Shown here: positions 1-6,660 of the stretch, in pieces
How positions within the stretch are numbered: position 1 is the stretch's first letter
Layout of the letters: every line of letters starts with the position of its first letter
IMG/VR virus record: IMGVR_UViG_2537561933_000001
Location: 1 to 8,130 of that record
Length of the DNA: 8,130 nt
Strand: one strand, 5' to 3'
Source of the DNA: a virus
Lineage: Monodnaviria > Loebvirae > Hofneiviricota > Faserviricetes > Tubulavirales > Inoviridae
Position numbers and translations under genes: made by a program
The notes under the pieces: model-generated
Seen by the model: the letters and a program-made list of their open reading frames with translations, nothing else
Told to the model about the DNA's origin: nothing
Database searches by the model: none

Positions 1-1455
1 TTATTGATTCGACTCATATGCACTCCATTCATCGCATACATGGGAAAAGGTTGATTTCAGGGCTTCGTTATCAATCACAATTCGCTGAAGATTGGCCGTA
101 TTAGCCTGCTGAGATAGAAATCTTTTAGCGTAAAGATCAGGCATATGGCTATTGTGACTCCAACCGCCAAGTAGCCGTAATTCATCCTTGGCTTCATCCA
201 TCAATCCAACGATAGAAAAGTCTATGGCTGCCAAGTGTGAGTTGGCCTTAATTTTTTGAAGTTTATCACGATAAATACGTTGAAGTGTTAAATAAGCCCA
301 AGTATGCCGCGTTATATGAGGCGAGATGCTTTCAATGGCATCATAATATTCATCTTTTTTATATTCAGGATACTGCACACTCATAATGTCATCAATACGG
401 GTAAAGATATCATAGACTGCATGGTATGACAGTGGCGGATGTAGTCTTTGGGTGGAAGTGAACAGAAAACTATGGGAGGCTTGAGGGCGGATTTTATGGA
501 TATATATATTTAGAAAATGAAAGTCCAGTTTATCTAATGCCAGCACCCGGTTTGCATAAACATTTTTTAATGAAGGCAATCTTTTTCGTTGATCCGAAAC
601 GTCGTCATCTACTGTGGTCACAATCAGGCTGAACTGATCCCCTCGGAGATTTGGTTTGATCGAATGACACTCCAAAAGCAGTAATTCACTGACACGCAAT
701 CCGTAATTTAAAAGCAATCTGCAAATCAGAAAATTACGTAGCTGGATTTCACCAGCGGGGAAGGGATTGAGTGGGTTTTTCTTTGAAATTGAACCGGGTG
801 TAATGATTTGGTAAAAAGCCATGACCATCTCAGCAGTCAGACTTCGAAAGCGTTTATGGGTCGTGCCATTGTTCATCTGACGAGAATGGGTAAGAGTACG
901 GAATTCTGCCTTATGTATCGATAAACGTCCCGTTAACTGCGTGGCAAGTCGTGTAAGCTCTTTAGGCGTGCCATCTATATATCTCGGCGAGATATACGTG
1001 TTAATCAAATATCTGATAAAACGAATAACCGAATGTACATGCCTGATATTTGTACAACGTTGAGGCGTGGTCTGCGTAGTAGACCTTATGGTTAACGCTG
1101 GTACATATAAATGCGTATTTTCCAGATAATGAAAAAAGGCTGTAAGTTCATCAATGGCAATCAATGGATTGTGGTTCGAGGAATAGAAACTGAAGCAAAA
1201 AGTCACACCATGTTTCTGGTGCCAGAATTCATAGAAAAACTTGAGCGCTTGAAGTGAAGCGGATTGCGTGGCTGATGAACGCAAAGCAAGATGGTCGATA
1301 AGATATATTAACGGATATAAAAGCGGCTGGCGCGTGTGAGTATCCATCAGTGCCCATAAACGCTGCCGTTGGTTGATATTGAGTTGTGTAAGTATGAACA
1401 CGCGGCACTTAACCTTATCAATGGTGTGGATATGAACAAAGTAACCGACAAACAT
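1..1455 (-). CDS. Tyrosine site-specific recombinase / integrase-family protein (about 484 aa from ATG at 1453-1455; ORF track extends to a TTG at 1465-1467)
   Basis: Complete minus-strand ORF with stop at 1-3 (TAA). Translation contains the tyrosine-recombinase catalytic signature in correct order: box I Arg in 'YGLRVSELLLLE', 'HITRHTW' (HxxRH-like box II), and 'LGGWSHNSHMPDLYAK' (LG[HW]...Y catalytic Tyr region). ATG at 1453-1455 is preceded by AGGA (GCAGGACGTT-ATG). Start codon choice is uncertain. Long N-terminal region (about 250 aa) precedes the catalytic domain. Confidence 0.75.
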   Translation of the reverse strand: MFVGYFVHIHTIDKVKCRVFILTQLNINQRQRLWALMDTHTRQPLLYPLIYLIDHLALRSSATQSASLQALKFFYEFWHQKHGVTFCFSFYSSNHNPLIAIDELTAFFHYLENTHLYVPALTIRSTTQTTPQRCTNIRHVHSVIRFIRYLINTYISPRYIDGTPKELTRLATQLTGRLSIHKAEFRTLTHSRQMNNGTTHKRFRSLTAEMVMAFYQIITPGSISKKNPLNPFPAGEIQLRNFLICRLLLNYGLRVSELLLLECHSIKPNLRGDQFSLIVTTVDDDVSDQRKRLPSLKNVYANRVLALDKLDFHFLNIYIHKIRPQASHSFLFTSTQRLHPPLSYHAVYDIFTRIDDIMSVQYPEYKKDEYYDAIESISPHITRHTWAYLTLQRIYRDKLQKIKANSHLAAIDFSIVGLMDEAKDELRLLGGWSHNSHMPDLYAKRFLSQQANTANLQRIVIDNEALKSTFSHVCDEWSAYESNQ

Positions 1456-1546
1456 AACGTCCTGCAAGAAGAAGATAGAGGGGTAGGTAAGTGTATGATT
1501 AATCGTATCCTGTGGCCGGTTATGAACTAAATGACCGACGGACTAA

Positions 1547-1574
1547 ATTTAACATAATATACATTATGCGCACC
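1547..1574 (-). other. dif: 28-bp XerC/XerD recombination site dif (chromosome dimer resolution site), here the prophage/chromosome junction
   Basis: Plus strand 1547-1574 reads ATTTAACATAATATACATTATGCGCACC, the exact reverse complement of the canonical E. coli dif sequence GGTGCGCATAA-TGTATA-TTATGTTAAAT (XerC arm, 6-bp centre, XerD arm) as I recall it; 28/28 match. Lies 38 bp beyond the stop of the 77-aa cargo gene and about 90 bp upstream of the recombinase start. Confidence 0.85.
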
Positions 1575-1612
1575 AATGGTAAGGATGGCGGGAACTGGCG
1601 TTACCGGTGCCG

Positions 1613-1846
1613 TCATTGGTCACAGACCGTAATCCACTGGCCCAGGACGTCTTTCAGGCAATGTTGGCATAAATCCAGTTTTAAGCGATTACTGTCACCA
1701 AAAATTGAACCGTATCCAGCTAAGTGATTAACAGACAGAAACTCATTGAACTCAATGTCATCTACCACCGTCTTCGCATGGCGACCACAGCGATCGCAGG
1801 TCTTCGCACATAACATTACAGTATCGCTGGATGTGAAAAATTGCAT
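1613..1846 (-). CDS. Small zinc-ribbon protein (77 aa, two CxxC pairs), function unknown; prophage cargo next to dif
   Basis: ORF with ATG at 1844-1846 preceded by strong RBS (GAGGAGATAAA-ATG). Stop TGA at 1613-1615. Protein has CDRC (C17/C20) and CQHC (C60/C63) plus C13 and C75, consistent with a Zn-ribbon. No confident family assignment from memory. Confidence 0.6.
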   Translation of the reverse strand: MQFFTSSDTVMLCAKTCDRCGRHAKTVVDDIEFNEFLSVNHLAGYGSIFGDSNRLKLDLCQHCLKDVLGQWITVCDQ

Positions 1847-1919
1847 TTTATCTCCTCGTAATGCTGCCGCGCCGAATCAGCAATAACGCTAAAAAAACAG
1901 AATTGTTCGGCTTGGCCAA

Positions 1920-1960
1920 CCCCTGACACTAACAAAAGCAAGTTTTGTCATTGTCCGGGG
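1920..1960. promoter_or_regulatory. Imperfect 18-bp inverted repeat (15/18) around a 5-bp centre; candidate operator or structured RNA element between the two cargo genes
   Basis: CCCCTGACACTAACAAAA-gcaag-TTTTGTCATTGTCCGGGG; arms at 1920-1937 and 1943-1960, centre 1938-1942. Located in the 117-bp gap between the 102-aa gene stop (1964) and the 77-aa gene start (1846). No convincing sigma70 -35/-10 pair found nearby. Confidence 0.35.
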
Positions 1961-1963
1961 TTA

Positions 1964-2272
1964 TCATATAAACCAATAGACCGTCCTTACGCCATTCTGG
2001 TTATCAATAACATAGCCGCATTGTTTCCTTAAAAATTCTTCTGCTAAATCAATGGCTTTTACAGAAATCTCATAAGAAGGAAGTAAAGTGTATCCTTTCC
2101 CTTCACTGGCAGCTGCTTTGATCGCATCCAGAGTATTATCAATCAGTAACAGAGCAAGTGATGCTTCATTTACCTGAGCCGAAGAACTTCTGGCTGCAAG
2201 TGTCATTGTTTTTGCTTCTTCCGCTGTAATCGTTCGTTCTGCCAGAGCAGATAAAATCCCATAAGAATCCAT
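1964..2272 (-). CDS. Hypothetical protein (102 aa), Ala/Leu/Glu-rich, function unknown; prophage cargo downstream of gIV
   Basis: ORF with ATG at 2270-2272 preceded by GGGG (TTGGGGTAACTA-ATG); stop TGA 1964-1966. Same strand as phage genes and sits between gIV and dif. No recognisable motif. Confidence 0.5.
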   Translation of the reverse strand: MDSYGILSALAERTITAEEAKTMTLAARSSSAQVNEASLALLLIDNTLDAIKAAASEGKGYTLLPSYEISVKAIDLAEEFLRKQCGYVIDNQNGVRTVYWFI

Positions 2273-2297
2273 TAGTTACCCCAATCAATAATGTCCA

Positions 2298-2346
2298 TTT
2301 GATGGATAGCGAGCAGGGCTCACGCACCTACCCGCTATCCATCAAA
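2298..2346. repeat. Perfect 14-bp inverted repeat with 21-nt spacer overlapping the gIV stop codon (potential hairpin: packaging-signal-like or termination element)
   Basis: Left arm 2298-2311 TTTGATGGATAGCG; right arm 2333-2346 CGCTATCCATCAAA (exact reverse complement). gIV stop TGA is at 2342-2344 inside the right arm. No U-tract follows on the minus strand, so it is not a canonical intrinsic terminator. Confidence 0.7.
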
Positions 2347-3607
2347 GTGGACGAATGATATGTGCTGTAAGCAAAATATACATAATACGCTGTTCATTGC
2401 TGTCTGCCTTGCTACTGAAAATCCAGCCTATAAGAGGAATTTTACTTATAACTGGAACTGAACGCTCGGCATTGCTGAACGATGAATCGATAAGCCCTCC
2501 CAATAACAACGTCTGACCATCCTTAATCTGGACTGTCGTCTGAATCTGGCGCTGATTAGTAATAATATCGGATGCCTGATCATCATTGCTGATTGAATCA
2601 GCGCGAGTGTCGATAGTCAGAACTAGTTGCCCGTTACCCATGACAACAGGCGTTACCTTGAGAGAAACGCCAACATCATGACGCTCGATAGTCTGAAACG
2701 GATTATTTACCCCGGCAGATTCGCCCGTTACCTTTCCGGTGATAAACGGCACATTCTTACCTACGGAAATGTAACCAGTCTGACCAGACTGAGTAAGAAT
2801 ACGCGGCGTTGAAATCACCTTAGAGCGTGAATTACTCTGGACAGCACGCAGAGACAGCGCCAACACGTTACCATCAAAAATACCAAAAGACCCGCCCGCC
2901 GTAGAAAGAGCGCTACCCAGTGCAGAAGTATTAAAGCCCCCCGCAACCTTATGACCGGATGCAGACCCTGCCGCAAACGATAAATCAACGCCATCAGACA
3001 AGCTGGTTTCAAACATCAGCGACTGAATGAGAACCTGATCGCGGGCAACATCCACAGAATTGATAAAATCGGACAGAACCGGCAGCAGCTCGTCAGGCGC
3101 AGAAACAATCAGCGAGTTATTGCCTGGATAATCCACGACATTACCACCACCATTAGAATCAAGATAAATTTTAATCAGTTGCTGAACATCGGACGATCTA
3201 ACTTTTGTCAGCTTAAAATTTCTGACCGTAAGCGCCACAGGTACTGGCTGGTAAGATGGCTCAGAAGGAAAAGTATCATAAGACTGGTTATCAGAATCAT
3301 CGGAATCCGAAACCATCTGTGAAGGTAATTTAGACGGCAAAGAGACTACCGCAGGATTGCCAGAAAGCATGACAAAACCGTTAGCATTCAGAACAGACTT
3401 AAAGAAATCATCAATATTTGTTGGATTAACATCAGCATTAAATACGGTTACGTTTCCTTTAATATCAGGATTAACAATAACAGGCTTGCCAGTTTTTGAA
3501 GAATACCACTGAACAAATGAGCGAACAGATGAATTATTTAAATTAACAGTTTCAGCAGAAACGCAGAATGAACAGGCAAATAAAAAAGCAACAATAACAG
3601 AGCGCAT
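2342..3607 (-). CDS. IV: Filamentous-phage pIV outer-membrane secretin (virion export channel)
   Basis: Translation aligns along its length with M13 pIV as I recall it (e.g. GGSFGIF.G.VL.LS.RA...NS.SK..S.PRILT.SGQ.G.ISVG.NVPFITG.VTGESA.VNNPFQTIER; C-terminal SKIPLIG..FSS..DSNE). Start placed at ATG 3605-3607 (M32 of the track ORF), which gives a signal peptide MRSVIVAFLFACSFCVSA and is preceded by AGGAG. The track ORF start at 3700 would overlap gI. Confidence 0.95.
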   Translation of the reverse strand: MRSVIVAFLFACSFCVSAETVNLNNSSVRSFVQWYSSKTGKPVIVNPDIKGNVTVFNADVNPTNIDDFFKSVLNANGFVMLSGNPAVVSLPSKLPSQMVSDSDDSDNQSYDTFPSEPSYQPVPVALTVRNFKLTKVRSSDVQQLIKIYLDSNGGGNVVDYPGNNSLIVSAPDELLPVLSDFINSVDVARDQVLIQSLMFETSLSDGVDLSFAAGSASGHKVAGGFNTSALGSALSTAGGSFGIFDGNVLALSLRAVQSNSRSKVISTPRILTQSGQTGYISVGKNVPFITGKVTGESAGVNNPFQTIERHDVGVSLKVTPVVMGNGQLVLTIDTRADSISNDDQASDIITNQRQIQTTVQIKDGQTLLLGGLIDSSFSNAERSVPVISKIPLIGWIFSSKADSNEQRIMYILLTAHIIRPL

Positions 3608-3614
3608 AATAATA

Positions 3615-3989
3615 TTACTCCTGACAGGTAACAGTCTGTAAATAACGGCCTTTTCTAATAACAACACGACAGGCATCTTTAATATCAACGGAATAACCAT
3701 CTTTAATCAAATCAAAATACTGATATTTCATACCTTTTGCATCAACAAACGTAACGGAAACGTCAAAGCCAAGTTGTGAAAAAGAATTAATAGAAAGTCG
3801 GGGTAAGTCACTGGACGAATCAGGCGTTACCGCCCTCGCCTGTTCAGCATAAGCAGATTTAATAGCTGAGATTTCATCAACATTCTTTCCAGACTGGAGC
3901 CAGAAACCAAACGCAAGCCCCAGCGCCAAAAAAGAAAGCATTAATATAAGACGGTTCGATTTGCGAAAATAAATTTTAGTGAGGCGCAT
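3615..3989 (-). CDS. XI: Candidate pXI (in-frame internal start within gI, C-terminal membrane-anchored portion)
   Basis: In-frame ATG at 3987-3989 (M241 of pI) giving MRLTKIYFRKSNRLILMLSFLALGL..., positionally and sequence-wise matching the M13 pXI start (MKLTKIYLKKFSRVLCLAIGF as I recall). Expression is not demonstrable from sequence. Confidence 0.45.
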   Translation of the reverse strand: MRLTKIYFRKSNRLILMLSFLALGLAFGFWLQSGKNVDEISAIKSAYAEQARAVTPDSSSDLPRLSINSFSQLGFDVSVTFVDAKGMKYQYFDLIKDGYSVDIKDACRVVIRKGRYLQTVTCQE

Positions 3990-4709
3990 ATAATAATTAA
4001 ATCCTCTGTGAACAGAAAATTGACCGTGCGTGATAAATGGTGGCAAAAGCGAAAATGCGCCATGAGGATAATTATCTGTGAACGCTTGTTTGGTATTGTA
4101 AGCAGAATAAAGATATTTTCCTGTATATATCCATTTATCAACAGTGATTGAATTAACATTATCACCATATTTGACAATGCCAAAGTGTACCTTTGGTAAA
4201 GAAAATCTCGCCCCTGAAACCAAATTCATAATGGAGCCAACAAAAGGAATGTTTAATTTATCTGAACGGCGACAATAAACAACATGCTCAGCAAGCGCCA
4301 GACGAGCTTGCTTATCCATTATCGAAATATCCTGAATCAAAAATATAATATCCCAGCCTAATTTTCTGGCATGTAAAAACCAGTCAATAACAGGTTGTCT
4401 GTCTTTATCACCCCATGAGCGGGAATTAAACCAAGTACCACATTCATCAAGTACAAGGAGGCCATTACGGGATTCATCGTAAGATGCATTCCCAATACCA
4501 ATAGCAAGTAAATCATTTAATGAAGGCTTGTCAGGAATGCGAATAACGCGCGTTTTTTTCGCATAACGCCCAACCATAGGCATATTATGCAATTTAAGAT
4601 CAAGATTAGTGGCAACAGGACAACCCTTAGCAAGTCTTTCCTGTATTCTGGAAACACTAACAAGTGTCTTGCCTGAGCCTAATTTGCCTGTTACTACATA
4701 AACCGCCAT
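3615..4709 (-). CDS. I: Filamentous-phage pI assembly ATPase (Zot-like, Walker A)
   Basis: N-terminus MAVYVVTGKLGSGKTLVSV... with Walker A GKLGSGKT; long stretches match M13 pI as I recall it (RIPDKPS..DLLAIG.GN.SYDE..NGLLVLDECGTWFN.RSW.DK.RQP.IDWFLHARKLGWDIIFL.QD.SI.DKQAR.ALAE.VVYCRR). ATG 4707-4709 immediately follows gVI stop (TAA 4710-4712). Confidence 0.95.
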   Translation of the reverse strand: MAVYVVTGKLGSGKTLVSVSRIQERLAKGCPVATNLDLKLHNMPMVGRYAKKTRVIRIPDKPSLNDLLAIGIGNASYDESRNGLLVLDECGTWFNSRSWGDKDRQPVIDWFLHARKLGWDIIFLIQDISIMDKQARLALAEHVVYCRRSDKLNIPFVGSIMNLVSGARFSLPKVHFGIVKYGDNVNSITVDKWIYTGKYLYSAYNTKQAFTDNYPHGAFSLLPPFITHGQFSVHRGFNYYMRLTKIYFRKSNRLILMLSFLALGLAFGFWLQSGKNVDEISAIKSAYAEQARAVTPDSSSDLPRLSINSFSQLGFDVSVTFVDAKGMKYQYFDLIKDGYSVDIKDACRVVIRKGRYLQTVTCQE

Positions 4710-5051
4710 TTAAATCACCCTGTTTGCATAATCAAGAAATTTTTGTTTTAAATCGAAAACAAAAACACTGATACGAGTAACCATAATAACGTTAACACAC
4801 GCCTGAAAATGGTCAGGCAATACAGACGCCATTAAATGGGAGAAATCAGCAGGTAAACCGTTATACATGACCTCAGCAAGGTACTGCATTAAAAGCGTAA
4901 CAGTTGTTGTAATTAATGCGACCAATGCAAAGGCGATTAATCCTGTTCTGGTAGCAAGTCGAGCTAAAAAACTCGCCACATAGCCAATAAACAAAGGAAC
5001 AAGACCAATAAGAAAACGCAACAATGCAGGAATACCTAATAATAAAGGCAT
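4710..5051 (-). CDS. VI: Filamentous-phage pVI minor coat protein
   Basis: Hydrophobic 113-aa protein [14 protein letters not shown]... ending ...FVFDLKQKFLDYANRVI, matching M13 pVI (MPVLLGIP.LLRFL ... IFIFDVKQKI). ATG at 5049-5051 overlaps the gIII stop TGA (5051-5053) in TGATG (translational coupling). The track shows a GTG one codon upstream. Confidence 0.9.
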   Translation of the reverse strand: MPLLLGIPALLRFLIGLVPLFIGYVASFLARLATRTGLIAFALVALITTTVTLLMQYLAEVMYNGLPADFSHLMASVLPDHFQACVNVIMVTRISVFVFDLKQKFLDYANRVI

Positions 5052-6256
5052 CACTCACCCCCTTTGCGAAGCAATGAAGTTAAAGAAGTAAAGACATACC
5101 AGAACGTAAGGCAATAAAAAACCCATGAAAGAACATCTTTAATAGTCAGTAATTTATCGCAACCAATATCAATCTGATAAACCTCTCCGGGAAATATAAT
5201 AAAATCAGAGCAGCCGTTACCATTGGGTAAATTAGGCAGCATAGCACCTTTATTTAAAAATGCTTCCCATAAAGCACCGTGAGAATCCTTTTCAATTCCC
5301 AATTCAGAATCAGCTAAAGTAGAAGCGCCATCTAATTCAGAGTCGCCCTTTCCATAACGAGAATCACCACCTGAAGGGTCAGCAAAACGGCCAGCCCCCC
5401 GCGTAAGATTGTTAATGGAATCGTCAAGACGATTTATATTATTCCTGGTTTGTTCATCGGCATTTTTTTTATCATCTGATGAAGTGTCTTTCTCCGTTAA
5501 TTTATCATGAATATCGCTGGCTATTTTGGGTGAAGCACCTTCGATCGCAGACTGAATATCACCTTTAGAAAGACTGGAACCACTAGAGCCACCGCCAGAA
5601 CTACCGCCACCGGACTCACCACCGCCAGACTCACCACCACCATTTTGGGGGGTTGAGGGTTTATCAGAGGGGTCAGCTACAGCACCTGTAGGCTTCCATG
5701 TTGCAGCGCAAACAGTACCATCACCCTGACAAACAATGACACCAGTAGCCTCATATTCACAGCCGTTATAGTAGATATAGCGACCACCATCATATGAATC
5801 AACATTATTAAATACACCTTCTTCTGGCGGCTTCGCTTCACAAATTTCTTCTGGTGTCGGGTCAGTAGGTTTTTCATCAGGAACAGAACGCTGAATATTA
5901 CCAACAATATAAGCCGTTAAAGACCAATATTTATCCTTCTGCCCTGGTGAATCGCTGTAAGTACAATCGCCAGTAAAAACAAGACGGAATTCAGAATCAG
6001 GCCAGATACCCTCATAAGTTGGTTTAATCCGAGTAAATACACTCTGAGCACTGGATTTAGCACCCTGACAAGCGGAGGCCTGCATAGCAGCATCAATATA
6101 GTAAACCGTTATCTTAGAGCCATCCTGATTGGTTATTTGCTTACTTTCAGCATAGGCAGAACTTTGATAAGTGGATTTAGTAATGCTTTCCCATGACTCA
6201 GCATGTGAAAAAGGAGAAATGAGGACAGCGGAAAGAATTAATATTTTCCTTCTCAT
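5051..6256 (-). CDS. III: Filamentous-phage pIII adsorption/minor coat protein (401 aa precursor)
   Basis: Start placed at ATG 6254-6256 giving signal peptide [19 protein letters not shown]. The track ORF start at 6400 lies inside gVIII and is rejected. Contains an N1-like TolA-binding domain motif ([19 protein letters not shown] vs M13 NATGVVVCTGDETQCYGTW), a Gly/Ser-rich linker [20 protein letters not shown], and a C-terminal anchor domain matching M13 ([21 protein letters not shown]...WYVFTSL vs CRPFVFSAGKPYEFSIDCDKI...MYVFSTF). Confidence 0.9.
   Translation of the reverse strand: MRRKILILSAVLISPFSHAESWESITKSTYQSSAYAESKQITNQDGSKITVYYIDAAMQASACQGAKSSAQSVFTRIKPTYEGIWPDSEFRLVFTGDCTYSDSPGQKDKYWSLTAYIVGNIQRSVPDEKPTDPTPEEICEAKPPEEGVFNNVDSYDGGRYIYYNGCEYEATGVIVCQGDGTVCAATWKPTGAVADPSDKPSTPQNGGGESGGGESGGGSSGGGSSGSSLSKGDIQSAIEGASPKIASDIHDKLTEKDTSSDDKKNADEQTRNNINRLDDSINNLTRGAGRFADPSGGDSRYGKGDSELDGASTLADSELGIEKDSHGALWEAFLNKGAMLPNLPNGNGCSDFIIFPGEVYQIDIGCDKLLTIKDVLSWVFYCLTFWYVFTSLTSLLRKGGE
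5573..5641 (-). repeat. Short tandem direct repeats encoding the Gly/Ser-rich pIII interdomain linker
   Basis: Plus strand ...GCCACCGCCAGAACTACCGCCACCGGACTCACCACCGCCAGACTCACCACCACC... encodes [20 protein letters not shown] on the minus strand; repeated units about 12-15 nt. Confidence 0.6.
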
Positions 6257-6266
6257 AGTAACCCGC

Positions 6267-6293
6267 TTTAATAAAGGGGCAACGAGTGCCCCT
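6267..6293 (-). terminator. Rho-independent terminator between gVIII and gIII (minus strand)
   Basis: Minus strand reads A-GGGGCA-CTCGT-TGCCCC-T followed by TTTATTAAA: 6-7 bp GC-rich stem (6276-6281 / 6287-6292), 5-nt loop, T-rich tail. Position immediately after the major coat gene matches the strong central terminator of Ff phages. Confidence 0.6.
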
Positions 6294-6302
6294 GAGTGAA
6301 AT

Positions 6303-6545
6303 TCAAACCGCTTTTGAAGAGAATTTTTTGAAAATACGAATGGCAAGCCCAGCGCCAACCACAGCAACAACAACAGGCCATACTTTACCAATGAGATCAT
6401 TTGCCTGAGTCAACAAAGCATCCATTGCCTGACCTGCATAATCAGTACCACCTGTAGCGCCTTCAGCCGCAAAAGAACTTGCAGAAATAAAAAGCGCAGT
6501 TGAAGCCAAAGCAATTTTATATTTAACAGTAGACAGAATTTTCAT
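6303..6545 (-). CDS. VIII: Filamentous-phage pVIII major coat protein (80-aa precursor)
   Basis: Signal peptide [26 protein letters not shown] then mature [54 protein letters not shown]. Very close to the IKe mature coat protein as I recall it ([53 protein letters not shown]) and to the M13 C-terminus KLFKKFTSKAS. RBS GGAG upstream of ATG 6543-6545. Confidence 0.95.
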   Translation of the reverse strand: MKILSTVKYKIALASTALFISASSFAAEGATGGTDYAGQAMDALLTQANDLIGKVWPVVVAVVGAGLAIRIFKKFSSKAV

Positions 6546-6564
6546 AGGAATAACTCCATTAAGG

Positions 6565-6660
6565 TTACATTAATCGGTCAGAAAATGATTTAAATGAACC
6601 GACCGCATAGAAAAGGGCAAAACCAAAGGTATAAGCCCCGAAGAAATAAACGATATACAT
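6565..6660 (-). CDS. IX: pIX-like small minor coat protein (31 aa)
   Basis: ATG at 6658-6660 overlaps the gVII stop (TAATG). Hydrophobic product MYIVYFFGAYTFGFALFYAVGSFKSFSDRLM resembles M13 pIX in size, hydrophobicity and C-terminus (..FTRLM..). It is the C-terminal part of the 74-aa track ORF, whose upstream part overlaps gV and is rejected. Confidence 0.7.
   Translation of the reverse strand: MYIVYFFGAYTFGFALFYAVGSFKSFSDRLM

Noticed and set aside
1555-1583. Apparent sigma70-like promoter (TTACCA -35, 17-nt spacer, TATTAT -10) upstream of the recombinase gene on the minus strand
   Set aside because: The '-10' and much of the spacer are the AT-rich centre and arms of the dif site itself. 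The match is explained by dif and gives no independent evidence for a promoter.
1512-1727. 71-aa plus-strand ORF (GTG start)
   Set aside because: It overlaps the dif site and the better-supported minus-strand zinc-ribbon gene (strong RBS, CxxC pairs). It is Arg/Trp-rich and low-complexity with no RBS, so it is likely a spurious antisense ORF.
2627-3012. 61-aa plus-strand and 65-aa minus-strand ORFs inside gIV
   Set aside because: Both are embedded in a strongly supported secretin gene, in other frames or on the opposite strand, with no coding-like features.
3608-3700. N-terminal 31-aa extension of the gIV ORF (track start at 3700)
   Set aside because: It overlaps the 3' end of gI. The Met at 3605-3607 has an AGGAG RBS and begins a signal peptide.
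3941-4183. 80-aa minus-strand ORF inside gI
   Set aside because: Alternative frame of the well-supported gI. The product is low-complexity and Ile/Leu-rich from AT-rich sequence.
4873-5058. 61-aa minus-strand ORF overlapping gVI
   Set aside because: Alternative frame of gVI. Cys-rich junk translation with no start context.
5677-5907. 76-aa minus-strand ORF inside gIII
   Set aside because: Alternative frame within gIII, with no independent support.
6257-6400. N-terminal 48-aa extension of the gIII ORF (track start at 6400)
   Set aside because: The extension overlaps gVIII coding sequence and the gVIII terminator. The Met at 6254-6256 is followed immediately by a typical signal peptide, so that is the likely start.
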